Origin: Pseudomonadota bacterium
GTDB taxonomy: Bacteria; Pseudomonadota; Gammaproteobacteria; UBA1113
Reading direction: 5' to 3'
Assembly (NCBI GenBank): GCA_021781965.1
Contig: JAJXVU010000002.1
Coordinates: forward strand, 28,788 to 92,787
Length of the DNA stretch: 64,000 bases
Numbering within the stretch: position 1 is the first letter of the stretch; each line of letters begins with the position of its first letter. Position numbers and translations under genes: made by a program. Positions 19,722 to 29,768 of the stretch are shown piece after piece. The notes under the pieces were generated by a model. That model was not told the DNA's origin and searched no databases. It saw nothing but the letters and a program-made list of their open reading frames with translations.

Positions 19722-20492
19722 TTAAGTTTCATTATCTAAGATTTCTGCTCGCGCCATCCACTCACGTTCTGCTACTTTGTCATTTTCTTCAACGTTTCTA
19801 ATATAACTAAAAACAACTTTAAACGAAATTTTTGTAAGTTCTGAGATATCGCTGCTATCACTTAAGAGCTCTCTAAAGTAGTCACTTTCAAAAATTTTTT
19901 CTGGTTCAGCTCTATTATGATTCTTATCCCAAGAAGCAGAAGTTGCTTTATCCACAAATTTACACAAGCATAATAACTCTGTTGATGAAATTTTATGGTT
20001 TGGCCAATCTAGAGAAAGTGTGGGTGATTTACTTTGCTGATATAAAACTAATGCCGATTTATCTCTATAATCTATAACCCCATAAAAAAATCTAAGATCA
20101 TTTATCTTTTTGACAATATCAATAATCTGATAGGCTGCATCTATATAGTCAGTTACATAAATAGATTGATGTGACTTGTCCGTTAATGATGATTTTAATT
20201 TATCCGCTTCTTTTAATGCATTGATAGCCTGGTGCCATTTCACATTATTGTTTTTGCATTCAGCCAGAATAGCAACTGCCTTAGAAAAATAGTTGTTAAT
20301 TTTATCTAAATAAAATAACGATTTCCTATACCTCTTGTCGAAGTAGGCTATAGCCCAAGTAGTGAACAAGCCCAGCATAGTAATAAAACCAACAGCGACC
20401 GATACCCAAACACCTATCGCGGTCCAGTTTGCTCCAGGGTCACTCCATATAGTTGGCGAGATTAAAAAATATATTCCACCCATTATATCCAC
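19722..20492 (-). CDS. Hypothetical membrane-anchored protein (single N-terminal TM, about 200 aa soluble domain); third gene of the XRE-ImmA/PIN module
   Basis: TM segment AIGVWVSVAVGFITMLGLFTTWAIAYF. No recognisable domain. 10 bp downstream of the PIN gene. Confidence 0.5.
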   Translation of the reverse strand: MDIMGGIYFLISPTIWSDPGANWTAIGVWVSVAVGFITMLGLFTTWAIAYFDKRYRKSLFYLDKINNYFSKAVAILAECKNNNVKWHQAINALKEADKLKSSLTDKSHQSIYVTDYIDAAYQIIDIVKKINDLRFFYGVIDYRDKSALVLYQQSKSPTLSLDWPNHKISSTELLCLCKFVDKATSASWDKNHNRAEPEKIFESDYFRELLSDSSDISELTKISFKVVFSYIRNVEENDKVAEREWMARAEILDNET

Positions 20493-20501
20493 CTTTAAAA
20501 T

Positions 20502-20990
20502 CTATTGACAAGTCCCTTTGCCAAGCATCATCTCAACATCCACCCATGGCAATCTACTACCCGCTTCTCTCATGCGCTGGAATCCAACGCTTGCAACTTC
20601 AACCGTGATATTTTCATTCTGAATCATCTGTTCAACTAACCATATTGTACCGTGTACTTCAACATTTAACTCTATAGCAGCTTCCCTTAGAGCCTTATCA
20701 CCCGTCAATAATTGGCAATTTTCATGTTTGGCGAGCGTCAATGCCAACATATCATTCACACTAGGCCTTATATATTTCTTATGCAGCAAATATGCCTCAG
20801 CCACCAAATCTCCATTTAGAGTTTTGCTTATCAAGCCAAGTTGCAATAAATGACTATGTCGTTCGGCTAACTCTGAAGCAAATAAGATATCAGGAACTAT
20901 AAACTGACACGGTAAACTAAACATCGCACTGGTTAGTTCTCCCTGTTCAATATCAATCAATACACTGGTATCACTGACGATCAGCAGCAT
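20502..20990 (-). CDS. PIN-like (DUF4411-type) domain protein
   Basis: N-terminal MLLIVSDTSVLIDIEQGEL, plus acidic residues in a PIN-like arrangement (NDMLALT, LLTGDKAL). Overlaps the 3' end of the ImmA gene. Confidence 0.6.
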   Translation of the reverse strand: MLLIVSDTSVLIDIEQGELTSAMFSLPCQFIVPDILFASELAERHSHLLQLGLISKTLNGDLVAEAYLLHKKYIRPSVNDMLALTLAKHENCQLLTGDKALREAAIELNVEVHGTIWLVEQMIQNENITVEVASVGFQRMREAGSRLPWVDVEMMLGKGTCQ

Positions 20991-22029
20991 ACCCGCTCTC
21001 CAAAGCCCGCAAAGATCTGAATGATTCTAGCGACATATTCATTAGCTCTGCGGCTTTGGGTTCGCCTAGGTATTCTTCGGCGATAGCATGAAAAATCATT
21101 TGTTCAAAAATATGGGTCTTTTCTTTGGGGTAAGGATCACCAGGCTCATGTTTAGACCAGCCCTTCTCATTAAACTCACTGCGCAATTGTGCATATAAAC
21201 TGTTGGATATGATTCCTATTTCCACCATTCTATGGAGAATACTCAACATGCTGATGCCAAATTCTTGCTTAAGCAAACTAAGCTCGCGAGGTTCAATATG
21301 ATTGCGGTGTTCACCCAGTATGCTAACTAAAGTTTCTTTGGGTAACAAGAATGCGCCTGCAAAACGATTACACCATTTCTCTTCATCTAACTCCGGATCA
21401 GCAAAGCCATTGAATACCAGATGACCTAACTCGTGAGCTAAAGTAAATCTTTGTCTATCTCCAGGCCACTGATTGCCGATAACAATAATCGGCATGCTAT
21501 TTATGCTCGCAGAAAAGCCATCTAATTTTGGATATTGCCGATTATCCATTTCAAATACTTTAATCCCGCGCTCTTCAAAAATATCAATGAGATCGGGTAA
21601 AGGCTCAAGCCCTAAATCCCATTGCTTGCGAATTTCATCTGCTACTGCTTCAATATCATTGTAATTGTCTATTTTTTTATGATTTAAGGAAAATGATTGT
21701 ATAGGTGGCGATGGAAATAAGCTCTCTAGTTCAACCCTGCGCTCAATTTGATCTAACATTTTGGCTTCAATTTCTTCTAATTGTCGCTTCGGCATATCGG
21801 CATGTTTGCGATACTGAATTTTTTCCAAGGTAAAGCGTTCTGGCCTAAAGAAATACTCCACCTTAACATGCAAGGCTTTTGCCAACTTAATGAGAATATC
21901 CGACGAAGGAGTCACATCGTTATCTTCATATTTTTTAATCGCCGCATGACTCAGCGCAATCTGTTCCCCCAGATCGCGTAAAGACAAGCCCAAAGCTTTC
22001 CGTGCCCGTTGAATCTTATTGCCTAACAT
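20971..22029 (-). CDS. HTH-XRE DNA-binding domain fused to an ImmA/IrrE (M78, COG2856) zinc metallopeptidase
   Basis: N-terminal IQRARKALGLSLRDLGEQIALSHAAIKKYE (XRE HTH). HEXXH zinc motif within FTLAHELGHLVF. Confidence 0.8.
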   Translation of the reverse strand: MLGNKIQRARKALGLSLRDLGEQIALSHAAIKKYEDNDVTPSSDILIKLAKALHVKVEYFFRPERFTLEKIQYRKHADMPKRQLEEIEAKMLDQIERRVELESLFPSPPIQSFSLNHKKIDNYNDIEAVADEIRKQWDLGLEPLPDLIDIFEERGIKVFEMDNRQYPKLDGFSASINSMPIIVIGNQWPGDRQRFTLAHELGHLVFNGFADPELDEEKWCNRFAGAFLLPKETLVSILGEHRNHIEPRELSLLKQEFGISMLSILHRMVEIGIISNSLYAQLRSEFNEKGWSKHEPGDPYPKEKTHIFEQMIFHAIAEEYLGEPKAAELMNMSLESFRSLRALESGYAADRQ

Positions 22030-22217
22030 AATGCACCCCTTTAGTTTACATTTTTAATTATATAACATCAATTTGTAAACTTCAACTTTTTTTGCTGTGA
22101 TAGGATAATTATGGGTCATAAGCCCCTTAAATAAAAATTAATTTATATTTATCAATAAGATATGGAGTTCGCAGCAGTGCTGCGGCTTTTGTCGGCGAGT
22201 TTGGGTACTTTAACGGC

Positions 22218-22322
22218 TAAGTAAAGAAAAATGCTCTTTTCTTTACTTATGTTGATTCTTAGTAAAGATCTCTTTACTACGCGTTATTCTAAGTAAAGAA
22301 AATCCACCTTTTGTTTACTTAA
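22218..22322. promoter_or_regulatory. Operator-like array of TAAGTAAAGA repeats upstream of the XRE-ImmA gene
   Basis: taagtaaagaaaa-atgctc-ttttctttactta is a perfect 13-bp inverted repeat at 22218-22249. Further copies: agtaaagatctctttact (22261-22278), taagtaaagaaaatcc (22290-22305) and tttgtttactta (22310-22321). Confidence 0.55.
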
Positions 22323-22394
22323 ATTGCTTATTATTTGTCTTTCGGTACATAAATAGCGTAATTACTTGAAACAACTTTTATGCGTACGATATAA

Positions 22395-23114
22395 CTACAT
22401 AACTACACAGCGACTCTTTTGAGTAGAGTTTTTTTGTTGAGCACAGTCTTCTAGAAAGGCTTTAAATTTTTCTTCATCTTTCACGCCCTTAATTACCACT
22501 ATAAAATGCTCACCTTTCTTGCGTTTACTTGCATCAACCCCATGCTCACACAACTTTTTAATAACATCATCTGCCTCCTTTATATCGATTGCGGTTATAC
22601 GCAAATGGGGAGTATGCATAGTAGCAAGTGTACCTTGAAGAATAAAATTCTTACTAAATGCATTGGTCTGATTCAGCTGCTGACATAATTTATCTAACGC
22701 TTCACTTTTATTATTAAAAAAAGTATAATGTTCTTGCATTCCATTTATACACTTGTTATATTCTTGCTGTTGTTCTTCTTGTTTAAAGTTAAAATAGTCA
22801 AGAGATAGATCTCTCCTTAAAGTACTCTCTAAATCATCAGCAGGAAAGGTTTCAAAGTCTCGACCTTTAAACATATTTGTCAATATGTTTGATATGTTTC
22901 TAGTGGTATAAATCGTGTATTGGTCTTCAGTTCTTTGCCAACTTCTTTCTAAGAGAATTTCACCTAAAGTCCTTTTTATATGTTCCCATTGAGCCATAGC
23001 GGAAGTTGTGTATGCTCCCTTATAAAAATAAGAAAGTTTTATTGGTACTAATTTTTCATCTAGACCTTCTGTAGACTCATCTTCGAGAAATACTCTTGTT
23101 GTGTCAACCGCCAT
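22395..23114 (-). CDS. Hypothetical protein (239 aa), no recognisable domain
   Basis: Long ORF with host-typical AT-rich codon usage. Acidic N-terminus, Gln/Glu-rich centre. Confidence 0.5.
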   Translation of the reverse strand: MAVDTTRVFLEDESTEGLDEKLVPIKLSYFYKGAYTTSAMAQWEHIKRTLGEILLERSWQRTEDQYTIYTTRNISNILTNMFKGRDFETFPADDLESTLRRDLSLDYFNFKQEEQQQEYNKCINGMQEHYTFFNNKSEALDKLCQQLNQTNAFSKNFILQGTLATMHTPHLRITAIDIKEADDVIKKLCEHGVDASKRKKGEHFIVVIKGVKDEEKFKAFLEDCAQQKNSTQKSRCVVM

Positions 23115-23317
23115 GATACCCCTCTCTAATGTGTTTTATTTATAAATCTTATATTCTAACCAACTAGAAAACCTTATGTGCATCTTGTAGATAACATGCG
23201 AGTCTATGACCTCTACTAGCATTCGCATATACCGATAAACACAAGTTCGCTAAGGGAGTTTAATAAAATTAAAAAGGATAGCTGCTCGTGCTTCCGTTCA
23301 TCATTATCTCTTGTTGG

Positions 23318-23806
23318 TTATAAGATGTTACAACATGGGCTTCTTTTAGCCGGATGATTCTCAGCAAATGCACGTAACTCATCAGAAATCTCAAATGTTT
23401 TCCCATTTCTAACACCTGTAACCGCTATAAAATCATAGCCGTTATCGGCCCCAAGAAAGCCCAGGTTACTATTAACTGGTTGGAAATTTCTACGTGCATC
23501 AAGCCCGCAGCCTTTTAATTCTGCGCTGAAATCTTTTACCGCCTCTTTTTCTATCCCATCGCAGCTTATACGCAGATGAAGAATCCATTCACCTTCAAGA
23601 CTGTTACATAATTCAAATTCTCTACCCATTACACTGACCGCACTATTCAACTCAGTACAGATCTCATTCAGCTGCTTCTTCAACTCAACACGCTGCTGCT
23701 TCGAGAGTTCTTTCGCACTAAGAAAATAACCGCCCCCTCCATGCGCAATCTCTTTACCAGACCCTTGTGCCGTTGTATCCACCACCCTACCTAAGCCTTT
23801 TGGCAT
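23318..23806 (-). CDS. Hypothetical protein ending in CCNIL (CaaX-like C-terminus)
   Basis: Start placed at MPKGLGRVV (ATG at 23806). The last four residues C-N-I-L fit a CaaX prenylation box of the type used by host-prenylated bacterial effectors. Confidence 0.5.
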   Translation of the reverse strand: MPKGLGRVVDTTAQGSGKEIAHGGGGYFLSAKELSKQQRVELKKQLNEICTELNSAVSVMGREFELCNSLEGEWILHLRISCDGIEKEAVKDFSAELKGCGLDARRNFQPVNSNLGFLGADNGYDFIAVTGVRNGKTFEISDELRAFAENHPAKRSPCCNIL

Positions 23807-24025
23807 AATATCCCCCTTCACGCATACCTAATTATAATAATGTGCCGTTCTAACTGAACGACATCCCAATTCGGGGCATTGTATCGTTTACAGATAAACC
23901 TGTCATCAAAAACGGTCGTTTGCAAAAAAATATTTTGCTCTAATTTTGTACTGCGCTCTCCATATAACACTTCTTCTTGACACTATGTTAAAATGCAACA
24001 TTGACAGTGTGGAACAATAATCAAC

Positions 24026-24400
24026 ATGAGCCCATTTGAACTTTTTTTGTCCAGTTTACGCAAAACCGTGGTGGAGATCCGCTGCGAAGATGCGGCAAAA
24101 GCCGTGCAAGCAGGGCTAGCGCTCTTGATTGATATCCGCGAACAAAACGAATGGCAACACGCACATATCCCTGGGGCCATACATCTAGCGCGCAGCATGA
24201 TAGAAATACAAATAGGCGCCGTTGCCCCTAATTTAGAAACCCCTATTATCCTATATTGCAGCGGCGGCATACGTTCGCTCTTGGCAGCAGAAAATCTACA
24301 ACGCATCGGCTACACGGAAGTTAAATCTTTGGCAGGCGGCTGTAAATCTTGGTGCAATGCTGGTTTGCCTTTTCTACAACAATCTCTCACTTTAATATAA
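24026..24400 (+). CDS. Rhodanese-domain sulfurtransferase
   Basis: Single rhodanese domain with catalytic Cys in ILYCSGGIRS. Confidence 0.75.
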   Translation: MSPFELFLSSLRKTVVEIRCEDAAKAVQAGLALLIDIREQNEWQHAHIPGAIHLARSMIEIQIGAVAPNLETPIILYCSGGIRSLLAAENLQRIGYTEVKSLAGGCKSWCNAGLPFLQQSLTLI

Positions 24401-24408
24401 GGTTATTT

Positions 24409-24822
24409 ATGACATCATTAGACCCCACTCTTTTTGAAAAAGCACGTTCAGCGTTAAACTATTCTTATTCTCCTTATTCTCGTTTTCCTGTAAGCTGTTG
24501 CATTAAAACCACTACGGGAAAATACTATACGGGTGTGAATATAGAAAATGCCGCTTATCCATTATCCTTATGTTCTGAAGCGGTCGCTATAAGCCACATG
24601 GTTAAAGAAGGCGAAAAAAAGATTTCTGAAATTTTTATTATCGGTTTAGGGGAAGCCTTATGCACCCCCTGCGGCGCTTGTAGACAACGCATACGTGAAT
24701 TTGCCGATGATGATACGCTTATTCACATAGGAGATGACAAAGGCCATCGCGCCACTTTCACCTTAGGCGAATTATTACCCCATTCATTCGGCCCACACAA
24801 TTTGGAGCAATCTCATGACTGA
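24409..24822 (+). CDS. cdd: Cytidine deaminase
   Basis: Zinc-ligand motifs CSEAVAI and CTPCGACRQ. Start placed at MTSLDPTLFEKAR, in frame with the longer track ORF. Confidence 0.8.
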   Translation: MTSLDPTLFEKARSALNYSYSPYSRFPVSCCIKTTTGKYYTGVNIENAAYPLSLCSEAVAISHMVKEGEKKISEIFIIGLGEALCTPCGACRQRIREFADDDTLIHIGDDKGHRATFTLGELLPHSFGPHNLEQSHD

Positions 24823-25633
24823 AGCCGCATTTAATGCGAAAACGTTTATTCAAAAACAAAAACCCAATTTCACCCCTAAACTAGGCCTGATCTTAGGCTC
24901 TGGGTTAAGTGAAATTGCAGCAAGTCTAGAAGATGTTACCACCATTTCCTATGGCGACATTCCCGGATTCATACAAACGACTATCAGCGGTCACGCGGGC
25001 GTATTGTCTTTGGGCTATCTGAATGGCGTACCCACAGTTTGTTTGCAAGGACGCAAACATTATTATGAAGGATTTAACAACGAAATCATTAAAACGTATA
25101 TACGCACTTTAAAGTTGTTGGGCGTGGAGATTTTATTCCTTACCAATGCAGCCGGTTCCTTGCATCAAGACGTTCCTGCAGGTAGTTTGATGATGATAAC
25201 TGATCACATCAATTTTCAAGGTCAAAATCCTTTAATTGGTTCTAATGATGAAGCTTTCGGCCCACGCTTTTTTGGCATGGAAGACGCGTATGATCCAAAA
25301 CTACGCGACATGCTCGCTACCGTTGCTAAAGATTTAGAGTTACATTTAGCACAAGGTGTTTATATCTCTGCTTTAGGCCCCATGTTCGAAACGCCTGCTG
25401 AAATCCGCGCTTTTAGATTATTAGGTGCCGATGCCGTCGGCATGTCTACCGTGCCCGAAGTCATTGTGGCGCGTCATTGTGGTTTACGCGTAGTAGCCGT
25501 TTCGGCTATCACCAATTTAGCTGCGGGGATGAACAAAGAAGCCTTGACTCATGAAGATACTTTGTATCAGGGCGCAAAAGCCGCAAAAGTCATGCAAAAA
25601 CTTATCTTTGGTTTTACGCAGGAATTATCTTAA
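24815..25633 (+). CDS. Purine nucleoside phosphorylase (PNP-I / PunA-XapA type)
   Basis: 272 aa. Contains GSGL, ISGHAG and GMSTVPEV motifs of the trimeric PNP family. Confidence 0.8.
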   Translation: MTEAAFNAKTFIQKQKPNFTPKLGLILGSGLSEIAASLEDVTTISYGDIPGFIQTTISGHAGVLSLGYLNGVPTVCLQGRKHYYEGFNNEIIKTYIRTLKLLGVEILFLTNAAGSLHQDVPAGSLMMITDHINFQGQNPLIGSNDEAFGPRFFGMEDAYDPKLRDMLATVAKDLELHLAQGVYISALGPMFETPAEIRAFRLLGADAVGMSTVPEVIVARHCGLRVVAVSAITNLAAGMNKEALTHEDTLYQGAKAAKVMQKLIFGFTQELS

Positions 25634-26382
25634 TGCACAATATGCAAGAAACTCAATCTGCAATTGACACCGCAGTTGCGGCACCTTTAGAGCCAGCCCT
25701 GGTCGCGCTATTACGCGGTTTAATTGATTTGACTTATCTAGGTGAAAAAGACGATAGCGCCCTAGATGACTTGTGTACTAAAGCTAAAGGTGTGGCCGCG
25801 GTGTGCGTTTATCCCTATTACATTGCACGCGTTAAAGATAAGCTAGTCGATAAAAAAACAAAAATTGCTACCGTAGTTAATTTTCCACAGGGTAATTCTA
25901 ACTTAGAAACCGTATTACAAGAAATTGATTCCGCCATAGCATTGCATGCCGATGAAATCGATGTGGTTCTGCCCTATCACGATTTTATCAATGGTCAGTT
26001 TCATCAAGTTAATCAATTCTTAGTTGCGGTGCGTAAGCGTTGTGGAAACAAAGTATTAAAAATTATCATTGAATCTGGTGCATTGCAAAAAACAGCTCTC
26101 ATTCGTTTGGCAGGACAAATGGTCATAGACAGCGGTGCTGATTTTATTAAAACCTCTACCGGTAAAGTTGAAGTGGGCGCGACTTTAGAGGCGGCTTATA
26201 CTTTATTAACCTTGATTGAACAAAGCAAAAATCCAGCCGTAGGTTTAAAATTATCGGGTGGGATACGCGCTGTTGCCGATGCGCATGCCTATGTGTACTT
26301 AGCACGCGCCGTTATGGGAAAAGCGTGGCTAAATCCGCGTACATTAAGAATAGGCGCGAGTAAATTGGTGGATGATTTGTGA
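25633..26382 (+). CDS. deoC: Deoxyribose-phosphate aldolase
   Basis: VCVYPYY and FIKTSTGK (Schiff-base Lys) motifs. Forms a cdd-PNP-deoC nucleoside-catabolism operon. Confidence 0.85.
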   Translation: MHNMQETQSAIDTAVAAPLEPALVALLRGLIDLTYLGEKDDSALDDLCTKAKGVAAVCVYPYYIARVKDKLVDKKTKIATVVNFPQGNSNLETVLQEIDSAIALHADEIDVVLPYHDFINGQFHQVNQFLVAVRKRCGNKVLKIIIESGALQKTALIRLAGQMVIDSGADFIKTSTGKVEVGATLEAAYTLLTLIEQSKNPAVGLKLSGGIRAVADAHAYVYLARAVMGKAWLNPRTLRIGASKLVDDL

Positions 26383-26395
26383 TTCGTCATTATTG

Positions 26396-26761
26396 CTATT
26401 TAGACCGTTCTACCACCAACCCCACTTCAGTACTGCCCGCTAAGGCGTGTGGTTTAACCAAGGTTAAGCGTATGTGCTTACAAGGATATGATTTTAAAAT
26501 ATGGCTACAGATTTTATCGGCTAAAGATTCAATTAAATTACACTGCAGTGTATCTAATAAAATTCTTAAATCCTCAACCAAAGCGCTATAGTCCCAAGCA
26601 TCTTTTAGATCGTCATTGGCTGCGGCAGGCCGGCTGTCATACTCTAATTCTAAATCTAAAATTACAGTTTGTTTTATCTTTTTTTCATACGCATAAACAC
26701 CGATCGCCGTTTTTAAGGCTAATTTGCGGATAATTAAAGTATCGTTCGTTGTTACAGCCAT
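26396..26761 (-). CDS. folB: Dihydroneopterin aldolase
   Basis: 121 aa matching the FolB fold consensus (GVYAYEK...ILDLEL). Confidence 0.75.
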   Translation of the reverse strand: MAVTTNDTLIIRKLALKTAIGVYAYEKKIKQTVILDLELEYDSRPAAANDDLKDAWDYSALVEDLRILLDTLQCNLIESLADKICSHILKSYPCKHIRLTLVKPHALAGSTEVGLVVERSK

Positions 26762-27840
26762 TTTCGTTTCTTAAATACAATTGCCAGCACAGTACCTATA
26801 ATGACCATGCCGGAAATTACATAAATGTAACCATTAGCCCAGTGGGTTTCTGGCATATTTAAGAAGTTCATGCCGTAAATACCGGTGATAAAGGTGAGCG
26901 GTGAAAATAACATCGCCCATACCGTTGCTTTACGTTGCACTTCATTGGAAACAAATGTTTTTTGATTCACCATAGACAAATGCACATCCAACATATGTGA
27001 GGTCATATCCCTATAGATTTCAATAATATCTATCAAACGAATCACGTGATCGTAACAGTCGCGTAAATACAATTTGGTATGTTCGCTTAAGAGATCATTA
27101 TCGTCGCGTATCAATGCGCGTATAGCTTCGCGTTGTGGCCGCAGCTTTAAACGCAACACCAATAATTCGCGTTTAATGGTATATAAAGTTTGGAACGTTT
27201 CCACTCCCTCAGGACCAAATAATTCTTGCTCTACTTGTTCGATTTCATCATCAAATTCGTCGATGATGGGAAAGGAGCGATCGATGATAACGTCTACCAA
27301 TACATACAACAAATAATCGAGTTTTTGATGGCGCAAGGGGGCCTGCGGGTGATGTAAGCGTCTACGCACCGCTCTAAAAGGATCGGTTTCGCCCTTGTGG
27401 AAACTCACCAAGAAATTGCGACCTAAAAACAAAGACACTTGTTCGTTGATGATTTTAGTACCTTGTTTGGTCGGCATGCCTAAAATGACCAATATCTGAT
27501 TTTCATAGGTTTCTGTCTTAGAACGCTCCCCCAGAGTAATGACGTCTTCTAAAGCTAAGGGATGCAGATGAAATAAACGCCCGAATTCTAACATCATTGA
27601 CGGCCGTGGCTGACCTTGTACGTGGATCCAAGTAAAAGAATCGCCACTCAAAAAGCTTTGGCAGGCGGTAGCGGAAATATCACTGCGCTCGGTCACGCTG
27701 TCTGCCGTATAGTTAATTAAAGTAATGCTGATCGGCGTCTCGCTGGCAGGATCGATTACCGGCGATAGTTCTGCGGTGTATTGTTCGTCATCTTCAAACT
27801 GGTCGTCCACCTCTACCCCCTTAATCCTAGCGTACACCAT
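26752..27840 (-). CDS. corA: Magnesium/cobalt transporter CorA
   Basis: C-terminal two TM helices with YGMNF (GMN motif). Confidence 0.85.
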   Translation of the reverse strand: MVYARIKGVEVDDQFEDDEQYTAELSPVIDPASETPISITLINYTADSVTERSDISATACQSFLSGDSFTWIHVQGQPRPSMMLEFGRLFHLHPLALEDVITLGERSKTETYENQILVILGMPTKQGTKIINEQVSLFLGRNFLVSFHKGETDPFRAVRRRLHHPQAPLRHQKLDYLLYVLVDVIIDRSFPIIDEFDDEIEQVEQELFGPEGVETFQTLYTIKRELLVLRLKLRPQREAIRALIRDDNDLLSEHTKLYLRDCYDHVIRLIDIIEIYRDMTSHMLDVHLSMVNQKTFVSNEVQRKATVWAMLFSPLTFITGIYGMNFLNMPETHWANGYIYVISGMVIIGTVLAIVFKKRKWL

Positions 27841-27875
27841 GGTTGGACGGCATTATAACGCAAATAATGGACTAG

Positions 27876-29768
27876 TTAAACCTCATAGCGTAAAACAACT
27901 TCAACGACGCTTTGTACCGGCAATTTAAAGAATTCTGTCGCTGGCAGAGCATTATTAGCTAAAAATATATACAATCTTTCACTAAATCCCGTCAATACAT
28001 TGGTATGTGAGCTTCTATCAACAGAAGCCTTGGGCGTGGCCCTGGTGATAAAAAAGGATAAAGCCTCGGCAGCACTCAAAATCCCTTCTTTTTCGGCCCA
28101 ATGAATCACCTTGTTTAAATCGGGAATTTCCTTAAAACCATAATGCGCTTCAATATGGTAAGTATTAGGCTCTAATTGTTGTACTAGGTATTTCTTCTGA
28201 AAAGATATCCAGGGCCGGCTGTGCGTACCGATGCTGATAAAAATGTTCTTTTCATGTAAAAATTTATTGTGTTGTACCTGAATTTCTAAGGATTTAGGCA
28301 CGCGATCGGCCCAGCGCGTCAAATACACTGCCGTACCCGGCAAGGTCTGTGGATAATGCTGCCTACATTCTTTTAAGTAATCCAGCAAATGAACTTCTTT
28401 AAACTGCTGTTGCACACCTTTGGCGTGCTGCCCCGTACGCCACACCCACATCAGATAAAACACTGCCATTGAAATCAACAAGGTATACCATGCACCTTCG
28501 ATAATTTTAACCACGTTGGTTGAGAAGAAGATTAGATCCACTACCAATAGCGGCATAAAAAATAGGACCAAATGCAATGGCTTCCATTTCCAATCGTAAC
28601 GCGCCATGAAGATGATCAACAATGTGGTCAATAACATACAGCTGGCAATACTTAATCCATAGGCCACCGATAGCGCTTCCGTGGTACGGAAAAATATTAT
28701 CGTTAACAACGTCAATATATACATCACCATATTGACTATAGGCACATATACCTGGCCAATCTGAACACGTGAGGTATAAATGACATTCATGCGCGGTAAA
28801 TAATTAAGCATAATGGCTTGCCAACTCACAGAAAACATACCGGAAATCACCGCTTGTGAAGCAATTACCGTCGCCATAGTCGCCAAAATAATCAAAGGCA
28901 ATATGAAAAAATGTGGCGACAGTAAAAAGAATGGGTTGCTAATCGCCCCCGGCGTACGCAAAAGCAAAGCACCTTGCCCTAAGTAATTGAGTAATAATGC
29001 TGGAAAAACAAAAAAGATCCATGCGTATTGAATGGGTTTTCTACCAAAATGCCCTAGATCGGCATATAAGGCTTCGGCTCCGGTAACCACCAAAATGACA
29101 GCACCCATGGTAAGAAAACCGCTCCAATGATTATGTGTAAAAAACATAAATGCGTAATGGGGACTCAATGCTTTTAGGATCTCTGGGGTCTGCACAATAC
29201 TACCTACGCCTAATAAGGCCAAGATGCTAAACCATAAAATCATGATGGGGCCGAAAAGGGTACCTATAACTGCAGTGCCTCGTTTCTGAAAGAAAAACAA
29301 AAAGGTTAATACCACACAAGATAGCTGGACTATGTGACCATCAAATTTATTAGTCACAGTATGCAAACCTTCTAAGGCACCTAACACGGAAATAGCCGGT
29401 GTTAATATGCCATCGCTAAAAAATAAAGCGATACCAATTGTTCCTAGCAACAACGGCAATTTTTTTAAACCTTTTACATTGAGTCGTGAACACAAGAGCG
29501 ATAAAGCGAATAAACCACCTTCACCCTGGTTATTGACTTTTAAAACGATGTAAACATATTTAACACTCACCACCAAAAACAATGTCCAGGCAAATAAGCT
29601 ACAAAGTCCAAACACATTTAAGGGATTAACGCTCAAAAAACCCACTACAAAACAACTTTTCATCGCATACAAAGGACTCGTACCTATGTCTCCAAAAACA
29701 ACCCCTATAGATGCCAATAGTAACGGCCAGGTAGGGCCTTTTTTTTCTGCTCTTTCTTCTATAGTCAT
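27876..29768 (-). CDS. kup: Potassium uptake protein Kup
   Basis: 630 aa. N-terminal GVVFGDIGTSPLYA; KUP/HAK family topology. Confidence 0.9.
   Translation of the reverse strand: MTIEERAEKKGPTWPLLLASIGVVFGDIGTSPLYAMKSCFVVGFLSVNPLNVFGLCSLFAWTLFLVVSVKYVYIVLKVNNQGEGGLFALSLLCSRLNVKGLKKLPLLLGTIGIALFFSDGILTPAISVLGALEGLHTVTNKFDGHIVQLSCVVLTFLFFFQKRGTAVIGTLFGPIMILWFSILALLGVGSIVQTPEILKALSPHYAFMFFTHNHWSGFLTMGAVILVVTGAEALYADLGHFGRKPIQYAWIFFVFPALLLNYLGQGALLLRTPGAISNPFFLLSPHFFILPLIILATMATVIASQAVISGMFSVSWQAIMLNYLPRMNVIYTSRVQIGQVYVPIVNMVMYILTLLTIIFFRTTEALSVAYGLSIASCMLLTTLLIIFMARYDWKWKPLHLVLFFMPLLVVDLIFFSTNVVKIIEGAWYTLLISMAVFYLMWVWRTGQHAKGVQQQFKEVHLLDYLKECRQHYPQTLPGTAVYLTRWADRVPKSLEIQVQHNKFLHEKNIFISIGTHSRPWISFQKKYLVQQLEPNTYHIEAHYGFKEIPDLNKVIHWAEKEGILSAAEALSFFITRATPKASVDRSSHTNVLTGFSERLYIFLANNALPATEFFKLPVQSVVEVVLRYEV

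Noticed and set aside
23983-24306. 107-aa ORF antisense to the rhodanese gene
   Set aside because: It overlaps a well-supported rhodanese-domain CDS on the opposite strand, with unusual Cys/Arg-rich composition.
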